NCBI RefSeq assembly: GCF_004010195.1
Contig: NC_057719.1
Coordinates: 82,007,648 to 82,047,408, forward strand
Reading direction: 5' to 3'
Length of the DNA: 39,761 bases
Source: Chiloscyllium plagiosum
Lineage: Eukaryota
This document shows, piece by piece, positions 1 to 12,347 of this stretch (positions are counted from its first letter, which is position 1; every line of letters begins with the position of its first letter). A program made the translations under genes and the position numbers. The notes beneath the pieces were generated by a model. The model did no database searches. It had not been told where the DNA came from and saw only the letters and a program-made list of their open reading frames with translations.

Positions 1-247
1 ACAATGTTATTTGTGTATCTTATCCAGCAAAATATCTCCCTTCTGTCATTCAGCTTTCCTATGGCTTTAAGTAAAATCCTTGGCCCATACGGATAACCAT
101 CAATTCTTCATTCTGAGCCTCACCAACAACAGAATCAAGTGACCTTTGAATAAAGAAAGAACAAAGAAAATTTATAGATCCTTTGGCCCTCCAAGCCTGA
201 GCTGATCCAAATCAACTGTCTAAACCTATCGCCCAATCCTTAAGCAG

Positions 248-620
248 TCCTTATAGATGTTTACAAAATTATGAGGGGCATTGATAGGGTAAGTAGGCAA
301 AGTCTTTTCCCTGGGGTCAGGGAGTCCAGAACTAGAGGGCATAGGTTTAGGGTGAGAGGGGAAAGATATAAAAGAGACCTAAGGGGCAACTTTTTCACAG
401 AGAGGGTGGTACATGTATGGAATGAGCTGCCAGAGGATGTGGTGGAGGCTGGTACAATTGTAACATTTAAGAGGCATTTGGATGGGTATATGAATAGGAA
501 GGGTTTGGGGGGATATGGGCTGGATGCTGGCAGGTGGGACTAGATTGGGTTGGGATATCTGGTCGGCATGGACGAGTTGGACCGAAGGGTCCGTTTCCAT
601 GCTGTGCATCTCTATGACTG
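248..620 (+). mobile_element. CR1 LINE 3' end (young), preceded by a short opposite-strand CR1 tail at ~150-245
   Basis: ORF 271-543 has the CR1 ORF2 C-terminus (TRGH...FFTERVVHVWNELP), followed by a 3'UTR ending ctctatgact. Confidence 0.93.
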
Positions 621-1009
621 CAGAATGTTCGCAGTGAGAAGGGCCGTTGGATTCATCTGATTCATTCATCTAGGTTGGCCTTAAATTCTAATTAGCTTTT
701 AAATAATTCTAGGGTGCCACATCCACCTGGGATCCCATTCCTGTTCAACTGTGAACCTGAGCAAGAACGTTGATATACCAGTCCTGTTCCAACCCACATC
801 CGACCAGGGACACCAGCAGTACAATCTCAAGTCGTGTTGATTTTCCCCTACCTAACCAACAGATTCCAAATATTGACATAAGATGTATCGAGCAAGAGAT
901 GCCAGCACCGTATCTATTGATCCTCCACTAGATGTTGCAAAAGTAGAATGAGCTTCTAAAAAGCTACACAAATTGTTTTCCAGTTGCATGTCCAGACCGG
1001 AAAATTCAG

Positions 1010-1178
1010 ATGTCCCAAAGCAGCTGAGTCTTTTTATTGAAGTGTGGTCACTGTTGTGAGAAATACAGCCAATAATCAGTACACAGCAAGATCCCACAAA
1101 CAATATTGTAATAATCTGCCTTTTTTTTGACTAAGATTTTGGTTGAGGGATAGACATTGGTCAGGACACTGTGAGGAC
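1010..1178 (-). mobile_element. Deu-SINE (SacSINE1-like) fragment
   Basis: Motifs cacagcaagatcccacaaaca and ggttgagggata...ttggtcaggacac recur at 4480-4570, 5380-5470 and 15040-15170. Confidence 0.65.
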
Positions 1179-1895
1179 TTGCATGTTGCCTGCAATATGG
1201 AAACACATTGATACAGCTGCTGCTGCTATCCATCACTGGCACCACTTATTTCCACAGTCCTTGATCACAATTAGACCTCCAGCATTGCACCAGGTCAGGG
1301 AGAGGCCGCAAGTCACTGGAGTGCAATCGACAAACGCAAACCTAGCCCTGATGTCTACCTCCAGGGAGAGGTATTAGAATGTAATTTTCTTAACATGGAA
1401 GGCAATTCCCATGATTAATTCTTAATATTAGACATCCTAGCCTAACAAAAATCACCAGAACCAAATGAAAATGTTTTCTGCTTCAATTTGGTTACGATCA
1501 TCTCTTGGAGCTCAGGTGTGTGAAAGATCAGAACTTTAAGTAGAACACTACATTTTTGTTTTACATTTTAAAATTTATTTTATTTTCATTGCTATTTAAT
1601 TTAGAAATGTAAGAATTTAGCAATGTTAAGTATTTCAATTTAAAAGAGATAATGTTTTAATTTTGTTTTGGAAAGGTCCTGCAGAATCTGGTTTAACATT
1701 GATTCCAATAGAAACTCATGACCCACTTTAAGTCCTTTCACTTATAAGTGGCAATTCTCAGAAACAAAACCATAACTTTGACAGAGGAGTACTTATAGAC
1801 CCCAAACAAAGGAGCTCTTTTTATTTTGCCTTCATTCTGTCTTGCAATATGGATGTCACTGGCAAAGCCAATATGTGATAATCAATGACATTGTA

Positions 1896-2230
1896 GGGGC
1901 TCAGAGGTTAGCACTGCTGCCTCACAGCACCAGGGACCCGGGTTCAATTCCAGCTTCAGGCAACTATCTGTGTGGAGTTTGCACATTCTCCCCATGTGGA
2001 TGGGTTTCCTCTGTGTGTTCCAATTTCCTTCCACAGTCCAAAAATGTGCAGGTTCGGGTGACTTGGCCATGGGAAATTGTCCTGTAGTGTTCAGGGATGT
2101 GTAGGTTAGAGGCATTAGTCAGGGTAAATGTCGAGTAATAGGGGAATAGATCTGGGTGGGTTACTCTTCAGACGGTCGGTGTGGACCTTTTCGGCCGAAG
2201 AGCCTGTTTCCACACTGTAGGGATTCTATG
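1896..2230 (+). mobile_element. HE1-type V-SINE
   Basis: tRNA head (ggttcaattcc), V-domain tgtgtggagtttgcacattctcccc and a CR1-like tail; ATTGTA target duplication at 1890-1895 and 2231-2236. Confidence 0.92.
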
Positions 2231-2236
2231 ATTGTA

Positions 2237-2550
2237 TCCCTAAATGTCTTGAACGGAGTGACTTGCTAGGACATTTCAAAGGGAGTTTAGAATCAAACAC
2301 ATTACAGTGGTTCTGGAGTCACATCAAGGCCAGTTCAGGTAGGAATGGCAGAATTGCCTAAAGGACATCCATGAACCAGATGGGGTTTTAACAACAATCG
2401 ATTATATTTTCATGATTACGTTTTCAATTCCAGATTTACTAATTGAATTTAAGTTTCACCAGCTGCTACGGTGGTATTTATACCTGTGTTCCACAATACA
2501 GCCTACACCTCTGGGTTACTAGTCCATCACATTATGGCACTGTCTCCTCA
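2237..2550 (-). mobile_element. tRNA-derived SINE, second family (interrupted by the HE1 copy; tail remnant ~1835-1875)
   Basis: Shares ggagtcaca...aaggacat...gaaccagatggg...acaat...ccagattt...ttgaatttaa with copies at 13660-14300. Confidence 0.7.
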
Positions 2551-2905
2551 GTCTTATAAATCTGGTCCCCTATGTCTGGGCCCACCCCACACGTGGAAAC
2601 AGTTTATCCATGACTAATTTACGCTTTTATAACCTTAAACCTATCCATCAAAATTCCTGGATTATTTTCTGATCTACACATGCTGTTTAATTTGTCCTGG
2701 TGGGGACAATCTCTCAGTTCGGACATCATTCCACTAAATCTTTATGGCACTTTCTCCATGCTTCCATTGCCTTTTTCGCAACACAAAAATCCAAAATGCA
2801 TCTTAAATCCTTTTAGCATCTGCTACAGATAAAGAAAAATGAGTTATTGAGTCCCTACTTTCACACAATTGAGAAAAACCAATATATGTAAAAACAAAAC
2901 ACTAC

Positions 2906-2998
2906 CTCACTCTGTACTTCTGACCTATGAAAGACCTTTGGGAAGGCTAGACCTGTCGATACAGGGAGGGATACTGGAGATGCCCTTGTGTCTCTCTC
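2906..2998 (-). CDS. RPAP1: RNA polymerase II-associated protein 1, third coding exon (ERDTRASPVSLPVSTGLAFPKVFHRSEVQSE)
   Basis: Acceptor tttttcttgcAG at 3000-2999 and donor GAG|GTAGTG; 93 nt, phase 0-0. Peptide resembles the vertebrate RPAP1 'ERDT...P...G.AFP.VF.RS' segment and continues the previous exon in frame. Later exons lie outside the window. Confidence 0.92.
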
Positions 2999-3477
2999 CT
3001 GCAAGAAAAATACACAACAAAGAAATTAGTAAAGTGACAAACTTCACAATCTGTTAAAATCTTCTAAAATGGACTTTCCCGTGTGTGAAGAATCTAGAAG
3101 CAGTGAGATTGTTCTTACAACAGAGAAGGTGATCACGAGATTGAACAGAACTGCTGAAAATGAAGAAGGATTTTGGTAAAAAATAGAAATTGCTATCAAC
3201 AGAAGGTTTTGTAATCAGATATCAGCTGATTCAATTTATAGAAATTGTAGAGGTTACAGCACCAAAACATTCTTATCTACTTTTCAAGTGGCTGAATATA
3301 TTTCCTCTTCTGGTCTTACAAAATAACTTGCTTGTGAATCTTATGAAAATACAGTGAAGAAAACCCTGAAATTTGGAGGTGATGACTGGGAGGTCAAGAT
3401 CATGTGGGACCAAGCTCCATCAGGAGAAAGGAGAAAGGAGAAAGGAGAAAAATTAAGGAAATCAAAAGGACAAGCAG

Positions 3478-3963
3478 CATCTGGAGTGTAGTGGAACAGA
3501 GGGACCTTGGAGTTCAGGTGCAAGGTTCTCTGAAAATGGAGTCACAGATAGAAAGGGCAGTGAAGAAGGGTTTCGGCACACTGGCCTTCATCAGTCAGGG
3601 CACTGAGTATAGAAGTTGGGAAGTTATGTTACAGTTGTACAGAATGTTGGTGAGGCCACATACCTTGCTATCGGAAGGATATTATTAAACTAGAAAGAGT
3701 GCAAAAGAAATTTGCAAGCATGTTGCCAGAACTCAACAGTCTCATTTATAAGGAGTGGTCAGACAAGCTAGGATTTCTTTCTTTATAGCATAGGAGACTG
3801 AGGGGGGACCTTTATCGAAATGTATAAGATCATGAGAGAGATGGATAGGGTGAATACACTGTCTTTTTCCCAGGGAAATGGGATTAGCGTAGATGGACAA
3901 TTTCGTTGGCATGGACCAGTTTGTGCTGAAGAGCCTGCATCCGTTCTGTAGGACTCTATGACA
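3478..3963 (+). mobile_element. CR1 LINE 3' fragment
   Basis: QRDLGVQV...EYRSWEVMLQLYRMLVRPH peptide and tail ctctatgac; internal deletions. Confidence 0.9.
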
Positions 3964-4369
3964 AAGTCTTGCTTTTGATGGTTTTCAGGACTTCCCTCAG
4001 CACTTTGTTAAATATTTTTCTAGTATTGTTTCTAGTCTAATGTAAAAATCACAGCAGTCAAATTTGGACACAAATTCCCCCAAGTTAGCTCGATAATAAC
4101 AATCCGATCATCTGTACTGTCGCCATGAGATACTTCACAGAAACAGAAATTACCATAATCTGAACAATCCAAACAAATACAGAAGTTTCTTCAGCCATTC
4201 AGTTTGAATACTCAAAATCTTATAATTGTCCTGTTCCATGCAATACAGATCGACCGAATGAACCGATTCTATAGGTAAGGTGTGGGAGAGTGAAGAGCTT
4301 CGAAGTGCTCTAAGGTGCTGATCCAAAAATTAAAACTTTGTTTAGCATAACAATGACAAAAATAAAGAA

Positions 4370-4990
4370 ATTGCATTTAAATCACACACTTCACAACCCC
4401 AGAATTGCCCAAAATGTATTACAGCCAAAGAATTCTTCTTGAATTACAATCCGTTTTAAGATAGAAAATACAGCAACCATGAGCACACACTGCAAGATCC
4501 AAAAAACATCAATGTGATAATGACCAGACAATTTGTTTAATAACAATTTGAGTGAGAAATAGTGGCCACTTGACTTGATTCATAGAACAGAATCATAGAA
4601 TCTCTACAGTGTGGAAGCAGGCCATTCACTCCATCGAGTCCACATCTACCCTCTAAAGAACTGACCCAGACTCCTTCCTCACCCCCCAACCTATCAATGT
4701 TACCCTGCATTTCCCATGGCTAATGTCCGCACATCGCTGGACACTACGGGTAATTTAGCATGGCCAATCCATCTAACCTGCACAGCCTTGGAATTACTGT
4801 TCTTTAAAATCAGGGCCATGCAATCTTAAAAGTTGGATGGACAGCATTTTAGTTTAACAGCTCAAAATGCTAAAAAAAAAACCTCCTTTGGTGCTACACT
4901 GGAGAGCATGCCTAGTTTTTGTATTCAAGACTCTGAATTGGGACTGAACACAAAACCTTCTGTCTCAAGAGGTGACAGTACTAGCAACTA
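4370..4990 (-). mobile_element. Deu-SINE-like element interrupted by an HE1 SINE 3' part (~4590-4792)
   Basis: Deu-SINE motifs on both sides; inner segment atagaatctctacagtgtggaagcaggcc...caatccatctaacctgcac is the HE1 tail in reverse. Confidence 0.7.
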
Positions 4991-5192
4991 AGCCAAAAGG
5001 AACTTGGCCATGCAATGCCCAATGACAGTGGAGGGATCACCAACCTATTGAGTGGTGTCAAATGTTTATTAACATACTGTGATTGTGTATCTGATGCAGC
5101 AACAGAACAACACAGAGAATAAGATATCCAGGCTGTCTGCAACCTTTTCACAAATAAGCACAGGAGCATCAAGATGTGAGCATAAAACTTAC

Positions 5193-5335
5193 AATGATCT
5201 TTGACAGGACGGCAGTGATATGTCGATCCTGTAGATCCATCTGTTCCTCGCTATCATCTCCTTGGAATTTAACATGGCCTGCTTTGGACTTTTTTGGCGG
5301 AGCTGGCATTAATGATGGAGGAAGGTCAGGAAGAG
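5193..5335 (-). CDS. RPAP1: RPAP1 second coding exon (ALPDLPPSLMPAPPKKSK...DRHITAVLSKII)
   Basis: Acceptor ttttgttttAG and donor ATT|GTAAGT; 143 nt, phase 1-0. Matches RPAP1 'LPDLPP.L.P.PPK' and 'HITAVL.KII' motifs. Confidence 0.95.
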
Positions 5336-5374
5336 CTAAAACAAAATAGAGAGGCTGTTGGTTTCTGGTCTGTA

Positions 5375-5600
5375 ACTGCAAGGTCCCACAATCAGCAATG
5401 AAGGTCATATTCAGGTCATTATCTTTAGTGAGTATTTGAGTATTGGCTGGAAGGTCAAGGAGAACACCCAACCCCTTCTTCTAACAGCGTTTAATCAATA
5501 TGAGAGGTGAGACATAATTTAAAATTCGAAAAATTACACATCCAACAGTGCAGCACTCCCTCAGTACTGCACTCAAATGTGTGCTGAGATTCCATATTGG
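5375..5600 (-). mobile_element. Deu-SINE-like fragment next to the RPAP1 exon acceptor
   Basis: gcaaggtcccacaatcagcaatg and acagtgcagcactccctcagtactgcact motifs. Confidence 0.7.
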
Positions 5601-5695
5601 TGTTGTCAGAGTACCATACCTTTTGAAATGTGGTCATCTTAACACAATACAAAATTCATCCATTTTTGATTTTAAAAAGGCATGAAGTAGTTTTA

Positions 5696-5796
5696 GAGAC
5701 AAAAACAGAAATTGCTGGAAAACTTCAGCAGGTCCAGCAGCATCTGTGGAGAGAAATCAGAGTTAACGTTTCGGGTCGAGTGACCCTTCAGTCACC
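5696..5796 (-). mobile_element. Penelope-like element terminal fragment with truncated hammerhead
   Basis: Minus strand CTGAAGGGTCACTCGACCCGAAACGTTAACTCTG...GATGCTGC; flanked by an AAGTAGTTTTA duplication. Confidence 0.8.
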
Positions 5797-6391
5797 AAAA
5801 CTACTAAGTAGTTTTAATTGGTAGCAAGCTAGGAACAGTGGAGGTAGGTCAAAGAGATGGAGCGATTCATACACAAGAATAGTAAAGTATACTAGGCAGA
5901 TCCAAAAACTAATCAAAACTGCGAATGCAATGCTAACCTTTATAACAAGTGGTTAAGAATACAGAGGTGAACAAGCTCTGCCACAGTCACACCATGTTCC
6001 AGTTAGACCACACCTGTAATACTAACATTTGACCATCTCAACAAACAGTTAGAAAAGGAGTCAGTAAATTGCTTCCCAAGAATTTTATCCTTCCACCCAT
6101 AACACTAATATTTTTGTGTGCACCTGTAAAGTGCAATTAGCTGGGGCAGTTAGCCTGGGGGTTAGAGTTTAACGAGTAAAGTGATATGTTTACCAGTTTA
6201 TAGCTGTTTACCTGTCATTATAATTGATTTATTTGTAATGAATAGTAATTTGTGTTAAGTATAGAAAACTGGGCCGTGTTTACTAGTTCTCCTTTATCTA
6301 TCCTACTAGATAAAATCTTGCTATTATGTTTCAAACTGACGTCTCAAAGGTGCCCCGTCAGAAATAGAAAAAATGTCAATATGGAGTATGC

Positions 6392-6575
6392 CGTAAAGGT
6401 AAAGTTGCCATGGCCCCAGAAGACCATAAGGCTGCTCTCTCATTCGGGATGGACAACTGGAGAAGAGTTTAACCTGAGGTCACCATGTCTCAGGTAAGGG
6501 ATGAGGTTGAGAAGGCAGGACATTCATGTTAACCTCAGATGGTGCGGAAATTGAACCCACAGTGTTGGTGTCACC
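6392..6575 (-). mobile_element. tRNA-derived SINE, third family
   Basis: B-box-like gggttcaatttc, body cctgag...ggtgacc.caggttaaa and (CTTTA) tail; second copy on + at 32555-32747. Confidence 0.7.
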
Positions 6576-6699
6576 GTAAACAGTACAAAGCATGTAAACA
6601 GTGAGGAGAAGTTACTGAATTACTGAAATCACTTCTAATGTACATCTTCCTAAAAATTTAAAGGAGAAATCTGGGAGAAGGGAATAAGCAATGTAGAAT

Positions 6700-8740
6700 T
6701 ACACGGGATAAACTGTACAGGAATAGACTGCTCAGTTCAACACATCCATGCTGATGTTTAGGGGCCAATCTGCCTTACTTCCATCTTCTAAACTTATCAT
6801 TGTAACTTAATAGTCCCATCTCCTTCATAAGTTTGTCTCATCCATAAATGCCTCAATGCCATTTATTTCAACCACCCCCGTATTAGCAAGTTCCACATTC
6901 CCATCACGCTGAGGTGAAAGAATTCCCTAAAGGATTTCTAGGTAATTATCTCATATTAGTGTCTAGTTATGTTCTTGCCTACAAGTGAGACACTCTCTTT
7001 AAACCTTCTTTTAAAACTCTTCATAGTAGTAACGATATCTATAACATAATGCATTGTTTAAATCTTCTCTACACCTTCCCCAATGCCTCTACGTCCTTAT
7101 AATAATGTCAAAAGGGACATAAGCTGAAGAGACTGATGCTTGTTTTGACTCCTGGGCAGGCATGGGAATCCCAATATTCAGAGATAAGGCTCAGGTCCAT
7201 TATTATGACTAACAATATTGCAGCAACAGGAAATGCACAGAAATCCCAGAGTGGTTTGCTTTGAACAGCAGGTTAAGAAAAAACAAGACAGAGTGTATCT
7301 CTTAAGTCAAAACCAGAGCATAATGTTCCAACACAGCATTCTGCTTTAGACAAACTCAATAACAGTTTGACAACCTTGGTCCTCAATTTGTACAATCTCA
7401 TCTGATTAGCCTTTAGGTTTTGAAGATTAAGAGGCAATCTGATCAAGGTACTTCAACTGTTAGAAGCAATTTAATAGAGAGAAACCATTTCCTCTGGTCG
7501 GAGAACCAAGAACAAGGAAAGGTAACCTTATGAGTTTATGTCATTCAGGGGAAACACACAAAGGGTAGTGGAAATCTGGAATTCTCAACCTTCCACCTGA
7601 AGGCTATGGATCAACTGGAGCTGTCAAAGCTGAGATAGATTGTTAGTTGTTAGGCAACAAAATCACAGAATGTGGAGCTGTAACAGGGCAATGAGTTTGA
7701 TTTGCTAATAGGCTATGTTTTGATTGAGTGGTGTGACAGCTGCAAGGGCTGATTCACCTACCCAATTTGTATTCATTGCTCTTATTATTTCAATTAATAA
7801 ACAAGTGTCCCAATACTCTAGGTTCCTACAGAAGGGGAGAAGAAAATGGTTTACTTCTTTACATTTCCCACATCACTATATTAGATCCAAGCATCTGATT
7901 CCCACAGTAAGGTTAAATTACGAATTCCAATTCAAACCTTCCAATGTGACCGTGTCCCGTGGGCCTGCATTGACTGGAACTCCATCAGCATTCTGTGATT
8001 GCACCTTCCTCTTGTTTACAATCTTGGCAGCTGGAGATGTTCCCGCTGCGAGGAACTGCTGCTGGAACCGAAGAAGATCATCCTCCGATTCTCCAGGCTT
8101 CGGCCTACCCAGCATCCTTCTCGGTTTGGGTTGTCCTGTAAATGGGACAGTGGTCCAGTCAGCCTCACTGCATTTGAAGGTACATGTCAGAGATAAGTCA
8201 TTTCCAACAACACATTTCTAAGCTGCGATTTCACTGAGTAGCAAGTGTCCAACATGGGAAGCCATTAGGCCAACGAGAGTTATTTGAAAGAGCTCTCAAT
8301 TCATCCCATGCGCTGCCTTTTTCTCCACAGTACTGCAAACATTTCCTTTTTGAGGACTGATCCAATTCCTTTTTGACAGTTACCATTGAACTTATTTCGT
8401 CAACCCTTTGAACCCTTGCAGATCAAAACAAGTCACTGTCTAAAGTAAAATTATCATTCCCCTCCTCTGGTTCTTTCAATAACTACCTCTGATTACCAAC
8501 ACTGCCGCCACACAAAACGGTTTCACCCTGTCTACTCTATCAAACCACTCAATTCCGAATCCCTTCACTAAATCTTACACGAGCCTTCTCTGTGGCAAAC
8601 AACCCTAGATTCTCAAATCTCTCCACAAAATTGCAGTCACTCAGGCCAATGAATCTACTTTCCACTCTCTCCAAAGCCTAAAATGGACTGCTTAGAATTG
8701 GACATACAACACAACAGTTGGGGCCTAACCAGTTATCCAA
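6700..8740. mobile_element. several old CR1 fragments flanking the first RPAP1 coding exon (6700-7105 minus, 7410-7770 plus, 8260-8740 minus)
   Basis: Degenerate CR1 3' motifs such as gtagtggaaatctggaattctc and caaacaaccctagattctcaaatctctcc. Confidence 0.55.
7938..8115 (-). CDS. RPAP1: RPAP1 first coding exon (MLGRPKPGESEDDLLRFQQQFLAAG...DTVTLE); the exon itself begins at 8135
   Basis: N-terminus matches the RPAP1 'ML.RPKPGESE.DLL.FQ.QFLAAG' start. Acceptor cccatttacAG at 8137-8136 and donor GAAG|GTTTGA; 178 coding nt, phase 1, which joins in frame to 5335. Confidence 0.95.
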
Positions 8741-9149
8741 TATCCCATTCTTCCGACCCTTATCATAGAGAACAGCGATCAGCACTTACTGATTTCCAGC
8801 TGCTGACTAGGGTGCCATCCATCGGCAAGTGCAGACCCAGGGTCACTGGCCATTATTTACCCATTAATCCAAGCTGCGAGTAGCAACAGATCTTTCACTG
8901 CGTGAATTTCCATTGCCTAACCTTCTCTCGACTCAATCTGCTGTCCACCCAAACCATCAGGGAATGTGGCTTTGACTGCAATCAGGTGAGTGGGAGCAAA
9001 ATAAACACTGGTTCATTTACCATCTCACCATTCATCACCTTGGATGCAAAAAGGTCAAAAAAAACAAAAAAAAAACCATAAATAACTAGCTCAGCAGAGA
9101 CCCGAGATCAGAACCAACACCCTCTAAATCTGTGTGGCACAGTAATATT

Positions 9150-9355
9150 TACCACAAAGCCAGGTATTCCCCTGCTTTTCTTTGAAATAGGATGATGTGA
9201 GGGGCCAGGCAGAACCATGGGTTAACATCTGATCTGAGAAATGGTATCTCCAACAGTGTAGCACTGTATCAGTTCCACATTGCAATGTCAGTCTGGGGTC
9301 AAACCTCTGCATTGTGACCTTCTTGATTTTGAGGTGAGACCTAATGATAAGGCAC
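9150..9355 (+). mobile_element. Deu-SINE-like fragment in mixed SINE debris
   Basis: ccaacagtgtagcactgtatcagttccacattgcaatgtcagtct resembles 5540-5590; strand is probably the same as the other copies but uncertain. Confidence 0.45.
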
Positions 9356-10759
9356 GACTAATACCTTCTTAACTGTTATAAACTGCTGAATAAAAGACTG
9401 GAAGCTGTTCTTTGTTACCATCACCCTGCAATCTTTAAACATAAAATAAGGTCACCTGGAACTTTGTTTAGAAATCCCTGCACTCTGGAACCAATGGTCT
9501 ATTCCATTGACTTTGCAACTGCTCAAAACCCACAACTGAAATCAACATCTGATAAAGAGAGTGGTTGCTCACTGACACACTCACACACACTCCAGAGTCC
9601 AGTATTCAGCCCTGATCCATGTCAGGTCTTCCAGCCTACGCTGAGCCCTGAACTGGACAGGAGTCAATCTTTCAGCATGAAAATCAAAAACCCACCTGAA
9701 AGGGAGGGATGAGTAGTTACCTGGCCAGTGGGATCGATTTAAAGATACAACATGACTAATCTGTACCAAGAGCAAATGTATATGTTCAATTAAGGATAGA
9801 GAGAGAAGCATCAGCACATTTCAGAGAGAAAACACTTGCTTTGGTCTGACCCATCCCAGACCACTCATTCTGCTATCTTCATGTTAGGTAAACTCATTTT
9901 GGCAGGAAAAAAAATTATAAGTATGAATAAAAGTGGAGCAAGAAATGTCAAGGAGGGAAAAGGCACAACTAGAGGCAGCAGCACACATCAGTGCCTCTCT
10001 CTCTCTGTCTCTCCTGTTTCAGCTCTCTGTACTGCTCCTGGCCCATGTATTGCATGTTCCCATTGTGCTTTGCTCCAGTCTCCAAATGCCTTCCTCTCCT
10101 ACAGTTGTGTCCAATGCATGCACGTGACGTCTTGTATGTGGATGAAGAAACTTAACATGCTTTCAGCTTGTGCATACTAGTTTGTTTCCCATTTTCAGCC
10201 TACACTGCTGCCTAGTTGTAATGCGAAAGGTCAGCCAAATGTGTTTGTCATTTCCTATGAATAACACAGCCTCTCCCATTAATTAGTGCCTCCTTCTGGC
10301 AACACATGGGAACTGAGTCCCTCACAACTCCAGGCTGAAATCTTCAGAGAAACTCGACAGAGGTCTGATTCCTAGATGTAGTTTGTCGGTCTGCACGTGG
10401 ATAGGCCCAGAAATTCATGACTCAAACCCCAAACTACAGGGAAGTAACTCCGCCGGATGCGGATACCTTGGGAGAGTTGATGCTGAGCTCACAAACGTGG
10501 AGAAAACCCATATTAACATCTAGATATGCTGCCTTCTGGCAACTCCTGCAATTAGCTGCTGCCAGGCATTAATTCTGAATAAACTAGGGAGATCATGAAG
10601 TGTACCCTGGCATTTTGGGCAGCCTAGGGCCTACATAGATTTTGCTCTGGATGGTGTCCCAGAAAGGACACTCCAGTTTCACTGCACAGCATTAACATGA
10701 CGCAGCAGTTACAAGAGATAAGCCCAGACTGACATTTTAAAAAAAGGGTGCTTTGGACA

Positions 10760-12320
10760 CTGAAGCTGGATATTGAACCCACAATTGAGGAAATTAGCAA
10801 AATTATTGACTCACTTACCACTGGCATAGCTCAAGGTACTGATACCATACCATCCAAACTCATCTAGCAGGAGAAACCAGCACTCCTGCAGCATCTGCAC
10901 AAACTCCTTTGTCTCTTCTGGGGAGAGAGGGCAATACCACAAGAATTTGCATGCTTCAACAATTGTGACTCTGTAAAAGGACAACCACTGTGATTCCAAC
11001 AACGATCGAGGTGTCCCCTTTGCTGTGCATCACGGCGAAGTATTTGTTTATGTTGCCGTTGTCAGAGGGCAGAAGATGTCCAACCCGAATCCCAGTATTG
11101 TATCAGAACTAGAAAATATAGAATTGGCATGTTCTCTCCAGTTCAGAGTTGCAAGATGAAACATCAAGGACAGAGGAGACCAGTGTGCATTTCCACAGTA
11201 AGCTCACAAAGGCAATTAACTACATGAGTTAAGGTGGTCGACGTAAGCTACTGCTGAACACTGGGTACCCATCAATGTGATCTTCTGTGTGCATGACAAC
11301 ATGATAGAAAATGTCATCAAGAAAAGAAACTTTAAAGATTCCCAGTGGATTCAAACAGGATTGTGTTCTGGCACTCACACTTCTGGCATAGCCTCTTCTT
11401 TGCTGCTGTCATATGTCGCCAGGTAACTTACAGAGGGTGTATGTATTCCAGAGCTGACAGAGATTTGTTCAATCTGCCTCACCCAAGATCCAAGACTAAA
11501 GTACACCAAGTCTTCAGCAGGGAGTTGCCCCACACTGACTATGCTGCATAAGCATTTCATATTGAGAAACATCCTCAGCAGCAAATACAGGCATCCCTCG
11601 CTTTTCAAACTTTCGCTTTACACAATTTCACTTTTACGAAAGAGCTATATTAGTACCTGTTTTCATAAATCCAAAGAGGATTTTCGCTTTTACGAAAAAC
11701 AGCAATACTTTTTCCCATATAAATCATGCACCTTAGCTTTACACCATTTTCGGTTGGTGAAAGGTTTCCTGGGAACATTCTACTTTCGAATAGTGGTGAC
11801 TACCTGTAAGCAGATACTGTTACACCTATGAAGGGTTTGGTTAGACCATCAGCATCAGGAAGGCTACTACCACTGTCCAAGACGTTGGACAGTGCAACAC
11901 TAAAGCTTTAGTATCAAGATTCCACTATCACCAGCAATCTGTCACCTAATGCTGAAATCAACACACATCACAAAAGCTGCAACTATTCTGTATGATCTGA
12001 ATGAGAGTGTGGTATAGCATCGTGAGAACATGAAACTTCAAATCTACTAAACCTATATCCTTAGTACATTCCTCTATATTTATCAAACCTAGACAACACA
12101 TACTTGGCAGAGCAAAGGCGGAATAGTTTCCACTTCTGCTGTGTCCGATGTATATGCTGGATCTTTTGGCAGAACAGAGGTTTGGAGTATCCTAATTCCT
12201 CAAGCATACACTCAGTGGTAAGGCAACAAAGTCAGTGCTGATTTAACCATGCTGGGTCACAACTTCCTGAGTGTCCATACTTCTGCAATAAGGATACCTT
12301 GCAAGTGAGATGGCAGATAC
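10760..12320 (+). mobile_element. decayed RTE-clade LINE ORF2
   Basis: Frameshifted remnants: LDIEPTIEEISKIIDSLTTG (10765-10830), a TIVTL..DSNNDRGV segment (~10960-11015), DLFNL...SKTKV...REL (11460-11530) and GLTISIRK-like sequence (~11845). Confidence 0.8.
11588..11806. mobile_element. Tigger/pogo-type (Tc1-mariner superfamily) MITE, 219 bp
   Basis: TA|CAGGCATCCCTCGCTTTTCAAA ... TTTCGAATAGTGGTGACTACCTG|TA: imperfect TIRs with TA duplication and internal repeats (cttttacgaaa twice); interrupts the RTE. Confidence 0.8.
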
Positions 12321-12347
12321 CGTCAATTGGAGACAATCATTCACAGC

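Noticed and set aside
1..165. Acceptor-like ctttctttattcaaAG (minus) as the next RPAP1 exon
   Set aside because: All three frames hit stops, there is no SIFAQEI-type motif, and the pyrimidine tract is a CR1 tail.
6040..6300. Possible LTR remnant
   Set aside because: Only a general resemblance; no TG...CA termini, TSD or second copy could be shown.
7724..8221. 165-aa plus-strand ORF
   Set aside because: It is an antisense shadow of the RPAP1 first coding exon plus intron.
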